Assembly: GCA_028864975.1 (NCBI GenBank)
Contig: JAGWLG010000007.1
Span: 1-64,000, forward strand
Source of the DNA: Thermoplasmata archaeon
Lineage (GTDB): Archaea > Thermoplasmatota > Thermoplasmata > Lutacidiplasmatales > UBA184
DNA length: 64,000 bases
Direction of reading: 5' to 3'
How positions within the stretch are numbered: the first letter of the stretch is position 1; each line of letters opens with the position of its first letter. The notes beneath the pieces were generated by a model. The model was not told the origin of the DNA, searched no databases, and saw only the letters and a list, made by a program, of their open reading frames with translations. Of the stretch, positions 17,756-27,577 are shown in pieces. A program made the translations under genes and the position numbers.

Positions 17756-18226
17756 CTACTCGCGATAGAGCTCGAACTCAATCTCCCGGTCGTTCTGCTT
17801 TCCCCTCGCATCGAATACGAAATGCCAGTTCCCGGTAGTTGGGATATCGATATCGACGTGGGCCGCTGCGACTTCCGTTTCTCGCTCGGCCGCGGTGAAC
17901 GACTCCTCCCGATACAAGGCTGCGTAGTTCCGAGAGTCCACAATCCACAGCGTAAATCTCTGGCCGGTGGTCTCGGTTGCGACCCCAGTAACTCGATCAC
18001 CCTCTGACAGCCTTCGGGAGAAGTCGCGTAGCGCCCCCGCATCGAGAACGAAGGTCTTCTTGAACAACCGTTCCGCTGCCGCGTTTAAGGCACCACCCTT
18101 GCTATCTTCGGCGGTCCGGTGCCTGCGCTGCAGATAGGGGAGCAGGGCGAAGAAGACCAGGAGAAACGTCCCAATGGCGGTCGCGACGACCGCCACAAAC
18201 TCGACCCAGAATGTCCAGTCAGGCAC
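17756..18226 (-). CDS. Single-TM protein with small beta-sandwich (GOLD-like) domain
   Basis: N-terminal TM and a beta-rich C-domain. Start overlaps the hsdM stop. Confidence 0.55.
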   Translation of the reverse strand: MPDWTFWVEFVAVVATAIGTFLLVFFALLPYLQRRHRTAEDSKGGALNAAAERLFKKTFVLDAGALRDFSRRLSEGDRVTGVATETTGQRFTLWIVDSRNYAALYREESFTAAERETEVAAAHVDIDIPTTGNWHFVFDARGKQNDREIEFELYRE

Positions 18227-19805
18227 CGGCCCCGCGCTCCTCGGACCTCACTTCACCTTGGGATTCTGCCCCCTTTCCCGTGCCCTGCGCGGGGACGAGG
18301 TTGACGCGCGCCGCGAGATCGTTCGCGATCGCCGCGAACTGCTCCGCGGCATCCTCGAGGTCCTCCGCGATCTCGGCCGCGAGGACGTGGGGCTCGGGGA
18401 GGTTCGCGGAGTCCTCCAGCGACTCGTCCTTGACCCAGGTCAGGTCCAGGCTCGCCTTGTCCCGAGCAAGCAGCTCCTTGAGGTCGTACGACCGCCAGCG
18501 ACCCTGCGGGTTCGACTTGGGATCGTAAGTGGCCCTGCGCGCATGACGGTTCACGGGGTTGTAGAGCTGGACGAACTCGTCCAGGTCTTCGCGTTTGAGC
18601 GGGTTCGTCCTCAGCGTGAAGTGCTGGTTCGTGCGCAGGTCGTAGACCCAGAGCTTCGTGGTCCAAGGCTTGGGGCTTCCCGGCTTCTTCTCGAAGAAGA
18701 GGACGTTCGCCTTGACGCCCTTGGCGTAGAAGATCCCTGTGGGGAGGCGGAGCAGCGTGTGGACGTCGCACGTCTCGAGGAGCTTGCGGCGAATGGTCTC
18801 CCCCGCGCCCCCCTCGAAGAGGACGTTGTCAGGGACCACGATGGCGGCGCGCCCGCCCATCTCCAGGAGGCTCTTCACGTGCTGAAGGAAGTTGAGCTGC
18901 TTGTTGCTCGTCTCGGCCCAGAAGTCCTCGCGGATTATGAGCAGGGCCTGCCTGTCAGCGCCCGCTTCCTCGTTGGTAATGGTGAACGCTGCTTTCCTCC
19001 CAAACGGCGGGTTCGTCAGGACGACATTGAAGTGATCGCTTGGAGCGGCCCGCAGGCTGTCATCAGTCCTCACGGGGGGTTCCGCCTCGTCAGCCTGAGG
19101 GCCGATCCCGTGGAGCAGGAAGTTCATGGCGCACAACCGAGTGACCCCATCGACCAACTCAACTCCCTGGAGCGTGTTGAGCTTCAGGCGCTTCTTCTGG
19201 GCCCGGTCGAGGTTCGGATTGTTGCGAACGACGTAGTCGTGCGCCGCGAGAAGGAAGCCCCCCGTTCCACACGCCGGGTCGCAGATGGTTTCTCGAGGTT
19301 GTGGGTTGACCACTTCGACAATAGCTCGGATCAAGGGTCGCGGGGTGAAGTACTGTCCAGCTCCTCCTCTCACGTCCTCGGCATTCCGCTCCAGTAGCTC
19401 TTCGTACGCCGCGCCTTTGACGTCCACGTCCAAGCTCATCCAGGATTCGTGGTCAATCAGATCCTTAACAAGTCGTTCCAAGAGTGCGGGGTCCTGAATC
19501 TTGTTCTGGGCCTTTCGGAAGATGAGGCCTAGCATCCCCTTCTCCTTCCCGAGTGACTCGAGGACATGGCGGTAGTGGGTCTCGAGGTCGTCCCCGGAGC
19601 GCCTGAGTAGTGAAGGCCAGGCGAATTGCGCGGGTACGGGAGAAGAGCGATTCCAGGGAGCATGGGTCTGCTCGTCGGCCATCTTGAGGAATAGAAGAAA
19701 CGTCAACTGCTCCAGATAGTCCCCGTACGAGAGACCCACGTCGCGAAGATTGTGGCAGTAGTCCCAGAGTCTTCGGCCTATCTGTTGGGAGTGATTGGTT
19801 GCCAT
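18219..19805 (-). CDS. hsdM: Type I RM methyltransferase subunit M
   Basis: LWDYCHNLRD...YLEQLTFLLFLKM, GQYFTPR, DPACGTGGFL and NPPFG. Confidence 0.95.
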   Translation of the reverse strand: MATNHSQQIGRRLWDYCHNLRDVGLSYGDYLEQLTFLLFLKMADEQTHAPWNRSSPVPAQFAWPSLLRRSGDDLETHYRHVLESLGKEKGMLGLIFRKAQNKIQDPALLERLVKDLIDHESWMSLDVDVKGAAYEELLERNAEDVRGGAGQYFTPRPLIRAIVEVVNPQPRETICDPACGTGGFLLAAHDYVVRNNPNLDRAQKKRLKLNTLQGVELVDGVTRLCAMNFLLHGIGPQADEAEPPVRTDDSLRAAPSDHFNVVLTNPPFGRKAAFTITNEEAGADRQALLIIREDFWAETSNKQLNFLQHVKSLLEMGGRAAIVVPDNVLFEGGAGETIRRKLLETCDVHTLLRLPTGIFYAKGVKANVLFFEKKPGSPKPWTTKLWVYDLRTNQHFTLRTNPLKREDLDEFVQLYNPVNRHARRATYDPKSNPQGRWRSYDLKELLARDKASLDLTWVKDESLEDSANLPEPHVLAAEIAEDLEDAAEQFAAIANDLAARVNLVPAQGTGKGAESQGEVRSEERGAGA

Positions 19806-19814
19806 TGGTTCACC

Positions 19815-21149
19815 TCATCCCGCGACCGGCTTCTTTCGGTTTCGTCCCGAGGGAGATGAGGCTGCCGGGGCACGGCCATGCCTGACTCGCTCGAGGAGCG
19901 CGCTCGCGGACTCGTCGCGGGGGTCCTGGGCGGCGAGGCGGCCCTCGAACGCGGTCTTGAGAATGGACTGTCGTAGTGCACTGCTGCGAGTCAGCGCCCC
20001 GCAGATTCCCAGGAGGGATTCCCGTGAGTCTTTGAGAAGGAGAGACACTTCTCGAACAAGAGACGCCTGTACCTTCAGATCTGGCAGAGGAACTAGAATC
20101 GTCTCCATCTGAGGGTGAGAGATCTTGAAGATCCCAGCCGTGGTCTTCACCCTTGCTTCGATTTGTCTTCGCACTCCGCGTGACGCCCACATGAGAGCAA
20201 CCCAGCGCGGGTCTACCCGTGATCTATCCAGTCGAACTCGAGTCATCGTGTCGGGATAGACTATCTGCCGAGGGGGGGTTTGGGCTACGGTGCCCCGCCC
20301 GACCAGATGCAGACTCCCGTTTCCGCGAGAAATGAAGAACTCATCAGCTCGGATTGCTAGGTCCCTAGCTGTCTCACTGTCTAACGGCAGATACCGAACA
20401 TCGGTGTAGTCGAAGCCGTTCTCGCCCATCGCTGAGAGGCGTAGCGCAGGAGTACCAGGGGGGGTATCGGAGCCTTTGATTGAGATTCCATTACAGAGGT
20501 GCTCAGTAACCAGCGACCCAAGCTGAGTCGTGGTCGTTCCCCCAATCATCCAGACGCTTTCGAGAACGCTCGCTCGGTAGCGCTCTAGTTTCGATCGCGC
20601 CAACTCCAGCGCCGCCACCCCCGCCTCCAACCTCGCGAAGTTAGCCTCGATGGCCTCCACGATGCGGCGCTGCTCGGGGAGGGGGGGGACAGGGAGGGGG
20701 AACTCCCGAACGTCTTTCTGACGGATCGCGGGATAGAGCGCCCCTTGAACCTTAGCTGACATGGCCTGCACAAAGCCAGGAGTCTGAGTGAAGTAGTAGA
20801 TCCAACGAGGGTCGAGTACGCGTGTTCGGAGTACGTCGAATCCAGTCGATCCCACTGCGCCGTCAAGCGCGAGTGGTACAAGCGCTACAGCATTGAGATT
20901 CGGTCGTGTCATCGAAACAAGCACGTCACCCGCTTTCAGATTCTGCCGAGCCCGGCTAGGGGCCTCCGTATCACTGAGTGTCCTCGGCGATTCGATTCGT
21001 TTGGTCGCATTGTCTACACTGCTGATGTCGACGTAGGCGAACTCCCCTCGCTCGGTGGGACCCTCTTGCGATACCTTCGATTCAACCATCTCCCCGATGG
21101 TCGCAGCGCCCCAGCCTTCCGGAAGATTGGCGACTCCCACGAATCTCAT
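19815..21149 (-). CDS. hsdS: Type I RM specificity subunit S
   Basis: LPEGW, two TRDs, PVPPLPEQRRIVE and LRQSILKTAFEGRL...DPRDESASALLER. ATG at 21149 overlaps the upstream TGA. Confidence 0.93.
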   Translation of the reverse strand: MRFVGVANLPEGWGAATIGEMVESKVSQEGPTERGEFAYVDISSVDNATKRIESPRTLSDTEAPSRARQNLKAGDVLVSMTRPNLNAVALVPLALDGAVGSTGFDVLRTRVLDPRWIYYFTQTPGFVQAMSAKVQGALYPAIRQKDVREFPLPVPPLPEQRRIVEAIEANFARLEAGVAALELARSKLERYRASVLESVWMIGGTTTTQLGSLVTEHLCNGISIKGSDTPPGTPALRLSAMGENGFDYTDVRYLPLDSETARDLAIRADEFFISRGNGSLHLVGRGTVAQTPPRQIVYPDTMTRVRLDRSRVDPRWVALMWASRGVRRQIEARVKTTAGIFKISHPQMETILVPLPDLKVQASLVREVSLLLKDSRESLLGICGALTRSSALRQSILKTAFEGRLAAQDPRDESASALLERVRHGRAPAASSPSGRNRKKPVAG

Positions 21150-22864
21150 TCCGCCAGCACCCCATTCAACTCCTCGATCACCTTCGTCAGCTCCTTCCCG
21201 AACACCACGCTCGCTTTCCCCAAGCCACCCTTCTGATTGAACGGCGGCAGGTCGAAGTCGTCCGCCTCGATCTGGAGGCTCGACGCGACGTGGTCCCGCA
21301 TCATCTCGAGCCAGACTCGTTGCTCCGGTGTGAAAGGCTTCCCTCGTCGCTCCTGCCCCTTCACCCACTCCTCGAACCGTTCCTGAACGTGTTGAGGGAA
21401 CGGCTCTAGCACCTGTTCTTGTTTGAGCGCAAACCGTACCAAGCTCACGATATCCGTCAGGAGCCTCTTCTGCCCTGCCCCCCGCACGCGGTCCTTCTCC
21501 AATGTCTCGTAGGCCCGCCACAAGACTTCCGGCGTCCACTGCCTGGGTGGCGCGCTGATCGTATCGGCGAGAGCCTTCACGTCCTCGAACGTGAGGTGCA
21601 TCCCGCGCGGCTTCGAGTAGAGGACCTGCAGCGCCGTGATCTCGTCCCTGTGTTTCTCGATGAACTCCTCGAAGCTCCTCACGAGCGCACGCGCCTTCTC
21701 CTTGGCCTCCGCCGAGAACCCGGCCTCGAGCAACTGGTCCTGGCTCACGGAGTCGATGGTCTGGTCGGCCCGCTTCTTGACCTCCAGGATCTTCGCCCGC
21801 AGCGCGGGGTTCGCCGCGAGAGGCTTCACCGCCTCCCGCAGCATCTCCTCCTTCACCTTCGCGACCGCGTCCTCGGGAGGGGTCGCTCCTGAGGCTAGCT
21901 GGAGCGCCGCCCTCGCCCTCTCCGCATGCACCTGCGGGTCGAGAGCCCTCACCAGCCCGCCGGCGAGGTCCTGAAGGCTGGCACCTCCGCTCACCTCCTT
22001 GACCGCGACCCTCTGCTCATCGGTGAGTCGTCGGTCGAGCCTCGCTAGCTTTCCCGCGAGCGTGCTCGCCACGCGCTCCCCTTCAGCCCCGAAGGCGACC
22101 TTCTTCAGAAGCGCGGGGAGGCTTTCGAATACCCGCTCCAGCTCCACCCCCGGACGCTGGTCCAGCGAGAACGTGTCACTCAGGTCCGAGTTGCAGACCC
22201 CGACACAATCGACAATGACGAAGTGGTCCTTCGAGACCGCGTCGGGTCCCGAGACCGCGATCAGGTCCGTCGGCGAGATGACCCGGACCGCGCGCCCCTT
22301 CATCTGTTCGAAGTAGGTGCGCGACTTGACCCCTCGCAGGAACATCACGATCTCGAGCGGCTTGATGTCGGTCCCCGTCGCGATCATGTCGACGGTCACC
22401 ACGATGCGTGGCTGGAAGGTGGTCCTGAACGACTGGAGGAGGTCCTCCGGTTTCGCCCCCGTCGTGCGATACGTGATCTTCTGGCAGAACTCGTTGCCTT
22501 TGTCGAAGACCTCCCGGATGGTCCGCACGATGTCGTCGGCGTGCGAATCATCCTTTGCATAGACAAGGGTCTTGGGGACCTCGGCGCGTCCTGGAAAGAT
22601 CTCGGTCGGGAGCTTCTGCTTGAACGTCTCGAAGACCAGGCGAAGCTGGTCCTTCACCACGACCATCCGGTCCAGCTCTTGGGGGGTGTACGTGAGGTCT
22701 TCGTCGAGGTGGTAGGACCGCACTCGACGCGAGATGCGGTCACGCTTCTCCACCCACGCCCCCTTGTCGATGGTTCCACCGTGAACCGTCCGGTCGGTCC
22801 GGATGCGGTAGACGTCGAAGTCGACGTTGACGCCGTCAGCGACAGCCTGGGCGTGGGTGTACTC
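21146..22864 (-). CDS. hsdR: C-terminal half of type I HsdR (second RecA domain plus EcoEI_R_C-like tail), fused in frame to the upstream ATPase
   Basis: AVADGVNVDFDVYRI, KTLVYAKDDSHA, IVVTVDMIATGTDIKP, FEQMKGRAVR and PFNQKGGLGKA. The nuclease and DEAH motifs are absent. Confidence 0.85.
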   Translation of the reverse strand, partial: EYTHAQAVADGVNVDFDVYRIRTDRTVHGGTIDKGAWVEKRDRISRRVRSYHLDEDLTYTPQELDRMVVVKDQLRLVFETFKQKLPTEIFPGRAEVPKTLVYAKDDSHADDIVRTIREVFDKGNEFCQKITYRTTGAKPEDLLQSFRTTFQPRIVVTVDMIATGTDIKPLEIVMFLRGVKSRTYFEQMKGRAVRVISPTDLIAVSGPDAVSKDHFVIVDCVGVCNSDLSDTFSLDQRPGVELERVFESLPALLKKVAFGAEGERVASTLAGKLARLDRRLTDEQRVAVKEVSGGASLQDLAGGLVRALDPQVHAERARAALQLASGATPPEDAVAKVKEEMLREAVKPLAANPALRAKILEVKKRADQTIDSVSQDQLLEAGFSAEAKEKARALVRSFEEFIEKHRDEITALQVLYSKPRGMHLTFEDVKALADTISAPPRQWTPEVLWRAYETLEKDRVRGAGQKRLLTDIVSLVRFALKQEQVLEPFPQHVQERFEEWVKGQERRGKPFTPEQRVWLEMMRDHVASSLQIEADDFDLPPFNQKGGLGKASVVFGKELTKVIEELNGVLAE

Positions 22865-24676
22865 CTGGACTTCGTCCAGGATGAGCAGCACCTTGCCGCG
22901 GTCCTTGCGCGCGAGCAGGAAGGACCAGAGCAGGGAGAGAAGGGCCGCCCCCAGGTAGGAGGAGGCGCGGACCCCGATCGCCGTTCGCTCCAGGTCAAAG
23001 AAGGTCACCGCACCCGGCTCGAGCGCCCGGGAGAGCGACCACCGGGGGGCGCGGGTGGCGAGAAGACGAGAGATGGCGGACGAGAGCGCGACCTCCTGAA
23101 CGATGCGGAGGGCTCCTTGCCGCTCCTCGGGGCCCTCCCTTCGGATCGACTCCCAGAGCGCGAGGGCCTCCTTCCCCCCTTCGTCCTCCGAGGAGAGCGG
23201 GCCGACCCACCGGTCGGGCTCGGAAAGGAGCTCATGAGCGTCGCGCAGGGTCGAGCCCGGGCAGGCCGAGAGCACGAGGAACGTCCGCGTGAGAAGGTCC
23301 TCGATCCGGGGCCCCCAGTAGAAGGTCTCCCCGTAGCGTTCCGCCCGCACACGCCGAAGTGCGGTCACGAGCTCGCTTACCCTTCGCTCTCGTTCCGCGC
23401 GGGCATTCGCCCCGGTGAGGCCGGTTGGAAGCTCCAGAGCGTTGATCCCTACAGGTGAACGGAGCGGGGCGACCCAGACCGATCGAGATCGCGCTGCCGG
23501 GGAGAGCAGGTGCAGGACCCCTTGAGCGGTCTCCCCCAGGGGATCGACCACGATCAGCGACGTTCGCCCGTCTCCCATGGCGTCGGCGGCCAGACGCTGT
23601 AGGAGCGTGCTCTTGCCCATTCCTGTCTCCCCCGCCACGGTCAGGTGATGTCCCTCGCCCCGCGTCAGCGACCAGCCAACGCGCTCCCCTGCGGGATCCG
23701 TTCCCACGTGGAGGTCCCTTGTTCCGGTGGAGGGGAGGGACCGAAGCCCAGGGGTCCGCCGGGCGTCCCAGGGGGGCAGCCAGAGCATCAGTTCGGCGGG
23801 AGTGACCAGCGCGGGGGCTTGCCCGAAGCCCAACACGCGAAACCAGTCCTTCGGCAGATCGAGGCGGGTCGTCGCCTCCCACTTTCGAAGCCCGCCCTCG
23901 CCGCGGACCCAACGAACTTGGAAACTCCCTCCCCCAGGGACCCCCGAGATGGCGCCCCAGAGTGAACTGACCGCGTGCTGCTCCTCCTTCGTGGGAGTGT
24001 TTCCCCCAGGCCCCGTGATGGCCAGGGCCCCACCGCACTCCCAGTAGGGACCGGGAGCGCGCTCCCCCCGGAGGTCCTCCATCTCTCGTTCCAGTCGATG
24101 CGCAGGGGGCAACGGTAGCGGCGTGTCGCGGTCGCCACGGGGGAGATGCAAAGCCCGAGGGGTCGCAGCAGGGGCCGAAGGGCCCACCGGGCGCGCCACG
24201 AACCGTATGCGCACCTCTCGCCGAGGCCCCCGGAGCGAAGGAAGGAGCAAGGTCCAGGGAGAGATCGAGCGCTCGCTTCGCGAGGACCGCATCGGGGCCG
24301 AGGTCGCTCGTGCCGTGGCCCCACCTATCGTTCCGATGAGCGAGCCCGGCGGGGGCGGACTCGGGGCCGACGGGCTCAAGGACCACGACCACGGAAGGAT
24401 GCGAGGCCCCCATAGGGCCATGACGGCCGCGCGGTGCTCGAGGCGGGTGAGAAGCGAGAGCGTCCCGGCCCCGGACCTGTCGAGATGCACCTCCAACGCG
24501 AGCGTCGCGCCTCGTGCGTGCAGGGCCCGGAGCGCCTCCTCTCTTTCGAGCGCGTGTGCCCACGCGAGCTCCCGGTCTTGCCGGGCGAGGGCCCCTGGGA
24601 AGAGTCGGAACGTGGCCAGTTCCCGCGAGGGGTCCGAAGGTCGGGGACGGGAGGTGGATAGGATCCTGGGTCGCAT
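22859..24676 (-). CDS. HerA/FtsK-superfamily (TraG/VirD4-like) ATPase, N-terminal part, ending just after Walker B
   Basis: VAGETGMGKST, IVVDPLGE, YWGPRIEDLL and LLILDEVQE. The ORF continues without a stop into HsdR sequence. Confidence 0.8.
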
Positions 24677-24731
24677 CTGGCGGATGGGCGTCGCAGAGGA
24701 TTAAAGGGCGCAGGGGACCGCGACCTTCCCT

Positions 24732-24834
24732 GCTAGTTGCTGGGCGCACCGATACATCCTCGAGAGATGGGTGGAGGGGGGCCACCCATGGGGGCCATCC
24801 AAGTCCAGGTCGCGGAGATCGAAGACGAGGTCCG
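24732..24834 (+). repeat. Degenerate duplicate of the drg promoter and first 16 codons
   Basis: tgctgggcgcaccgata-x-atcctcgagaga is shared with 26203-26232. MGAIQVQVAEIEDEVR compares with MGVIEDQIAEIEDEIR. Confidence 0.85.
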
Positions 24835-25231
24835 AGAGGGTCGAGGAGGTCGTCCTGGCGGTCGAGAACGGCCAACTCACGGTCGATCAGACCGCGGACG
24901 CGGTCGCGAAACTGTTCCGTGCCTACCGCGCCAAGCGGCGGTAAAGCCCCTCGCGGTCCTGCATGTGGGTCCTGGGCCGGTCCATCATGGAAGCCCAGAC
25001 GAGGCTCGATAGGGCCGGAGGCGCCGGGACGATCTCACGTCTACGACCTTCCGCCGAGGGCGGTGGCTTTCGGGCCTTCGCCACGGCGCTCATGACACCA
25101 GGATACGGCCGCGCGTCCATAGGCAGGAACGGGGCGCCGCGCCCCGGGACTCGACGTCGGCCTCGCTCCCGTCACTCTCCCCCTCCACTCGAACCCCACC
25201 CTTCATACTCTCCCGTCTCGAACTCCTAGCC

Positions 25232-25513
25232 ATGCGCGACCTCGAGATCCCTCACGCAGGGGAGGTCCTCGAGGGCCCCCTCTTCACCGAGCCCATGCGA
25301 GTGGAGGCCGTTCGCTGGAACGGCCTCGATGCGTGGCTCCTGGACCTCATCGGCACCCAGACCCAGAAGTTTCGCCGTTGCCGCGTAACCTACGCCCATC
25401 TGGAGCAGCTCCAACCGGCCCACCCGCCCTCGAGGCTATCTGCGGCTGCGCCGTGGGCGAAGGAAGAGGCGACAGGACCACGCCCATCGACCGGGAGCGA
25501 AGGCACGCGGTGA
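25232..25513 (+). pseudogene. N-terminal remnant of a defence-associated SNF2-type helicase
   Basis: GEVLEGPLFTEPMRVEAVRWNG...LIGTQTQKFR resembles the N-terminus of SNF2/DUF3883 helicases of RM-like loci. No helicase motifs follow. Confidence 0.55.
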
Positions 25514-25747
25514 CCCCCTCCTCCGCGGGAGTGGGGTTCCAGCTGGAGGGGGTCATGCCGACCATGGCCTGCCTGACCTGGGAGCAGGCCAAGCTGCTCG
25601 GCGCCGACCTGGACCGAGCCTGCGAGGACCACGAGAAGGAACTGTCGAGCGAGCCGTCCGCGAAGTAGACCGGACAACCCCCCCCACCATCAGGTCGAGC
25701 TGAGCCAAGACTTATGACGGCTGACTTTCGATAACCGGGAGACGCTC

Positions 25748-26113
25748 ATGGGCCTAGCCCTGCCCTTCCCCACCTATCTCGCTTCGCCGCGGGCAGCGAA
25801 GACCCACGAAGAGTACGTCGTGAGCTTGACGATCCTGTTCATCGGGCTCTTTCTCTACATCCTCACCGCCGTATGCGAGGGACTGGGACACGGGACGGGA
25901 AGTGGTCTTACCTCATTCTATTACGAAGTGGTCGGGGGCACCGGGTCCTCGATGATCCTCGTCGGGGCGATCTTCGCGTGGGTACGTCACGCCGAACTGC
26001 GACGGCTCAAGTCCGCGACGTTGATCTTTGCCCCCTGGCCCGCGACCGTCCCTCCTCCCCCGCCCCCACCTCCTCCGCCTCCCGCTGCGGTCTTCCCCCA
26101 ACCTCGTGGCTGA
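25748..26113 (+). CDS. 2-TM membrane protein with poly-Pro tail
   Basis: Two hydrophobic helices, then PPPPPPPPPP. Confidence 0.65.
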   Translation: MGLALPFPTYLASPRAAKTHEEYVVSLTILFIGLFLYILTAVCEGLGHGTGSGLTSFYYEVVGGTGSSMILVGAIFAWVRHAELRRLKSATLIFAPWPATVPPPPPPPPPPPAAVFPQPRG

Positions 26114-26249
26114 GCGCGGTGCGTCCCAGGGTCCTTGCCGCGGGGGCCCCCGCCCTTTGCCTCTCCCCTCCGCCCTGGTGGGGACCCACGTTCGCAGCTA
26201 GCTGCTGGGCGCACCGATAAATCCTCGAGAGAGAGCTGGAGGGGGGCGC

Positions 26250-27359
26250 ATGGGGGTTATCGAGGACCAGATCGCGGAGATCGAGGACGAGATCCGCAGG
26301 ACTCAGAAGAACAAGGCGACCAACGCCCACATCGGCCGGCTCAAGGCCAAGATCGCCTTGCTCCGGATCGCTCGGGAGAAGGCGGGGAAGGGCGGAGGAG
26401 GTGGTGGGCTCGGCTATGCGGTCCGCAAGAGCGGGCACGCGACCGTGGCCCTCGTCGGCTATCCCTCGGTCGGGAAGTCCACGCTCCTGACCCACCTCAC
26501 CGGGGCGGAGAGCGCGGCGGCGGCCTACGAGTTCACGACGACCACGATCATCCCCGGCATGCTCAGCTGGCGAGGGGCAGCCGTCCAGATCCTGGACATG
26601 CCCGGGCTGATCCCCGGGGCGAGCAAGGGTCGTGGGCGAGGCCGCGAGGTCATCTCGGTCGCTCGCGGAGCCGACCTCATCTTCTTCCTCCTCGACAAGG
26701 ACCACCTCGAGTTCCGCTCCCTGCTCGCCGAGCTCGAGCAGGCCGGCATACGGGTGAACGGGCGCCCTCCGAAGATCGTTGTGACCGCCTTGGAGCGAGG
26801 AGGCGTCGAGGTCCACAGCACCGTGAAACTGACCAAGATCGACATCGAAACGGCCCAGGGCATCGCGAAGGAGTTCCGGGTGCACAACGGTTCCATCGTG
26901 TTCCGGCAGGACGCGACCCCAGACGAGCTCATCGACGTCCTCGCCGGCAACCGGGTCTACATCCCCGGGATCCTCGTCATGAACAAGGCGGACCTCATTC
27001 CCGCCTCGGAGCGGCCTGCGATCGTCGCCAGGCTCTCGCCCTGGAAGCCGGTCTTTGTTTCGGCCCAGAAGGAGTCCGGGTTCTTAGAGCTCAAGGAGGC
27101 GATGTCCGAGGCGCTGGCCTTCATCCGGGTCTACGTGAAGCCGCCGGGGCAACCCCCCGACATGGCCGAGCCGGTCATCCTTCGCAAGGGCGACTCCGTC
27201 GATTCGCTTCTGAAGCGTCTCCCTCCGGAGCTGGGCCTTTCGTTCAAGTCCGCGCTGGTGTGGGGGAAGAGCGCGCGGTTCCCTGGTCAGACGGTCGGTC
27301 GTGAGCACTCCCTCGCGGACCAGGACATCGTAACCGTAACGATCCAACGCGGCGCGTAG
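26250..27359 (+). CDS. drg: DRG/Rbg1-family GTPase with TGS domain
   Basis: TQKNKAT, GYPSVGKST, YEFTT, DMPG and NKAD; C-terminal TGS. Confidence 0.95.
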   Translation: MGVIEDQIAEIEDEIRRTQKNKATNAHIGRLKAKIALLRIAREKAGKGGGGGGLGYAVRKSGHATVALVGYPSVGKSTLLTHLTGAESAAAAYEFTTTTIIPGMLSWRGAAVQILDMPGLIPGASKGRGRGREVISVARGADLIFFLLDKDHLEFRSLLAELEQAGIRVNGRPPKIVVTALERGGVEVHSTVKLTKIDIETAQGIAKEFRVHNGSIVFRQDATPDELIDVLAGNRVYIPGILVMNKADLIPASERPAIVARLSPWKPVFVSAQKESGFLELKEAMSEALAFIRVYVKPPGQPPDMAEPVILRKGDSVDSLLKRLPPELGLSFKSALVWGKSARFPGQTVGREHSLADQDIVTVTIQRGA

Positions 27360-27577
27360 ACCAGATCCCAGGCTCCTGCGCCCTTCACGGGGCCGAGCAA
27401 CGGTTTTGCGAACCGACACCCCCGTGCTCACCCATCTCTCCTACTGGGACGAGCGACACGGGAAGGTGAACTTTGGGTAGGTCCGCAGGGAAGAGGCCGA
27501 GGCCCTGTTCGACCGATGTGATGTAACACCTGGGGGCTGGATCCGCTCGTGGCTGTCGGGCCGTTCTGCGGAGTGAC

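Noticed and set aside
16482-24676. Sir2-HerA defence system
   Set aside because: The genes are about 5 kb apart with hsdM and hsdS between them, and the ATPase resembles a TraG/VirD4-type protein that is truncated and fused.
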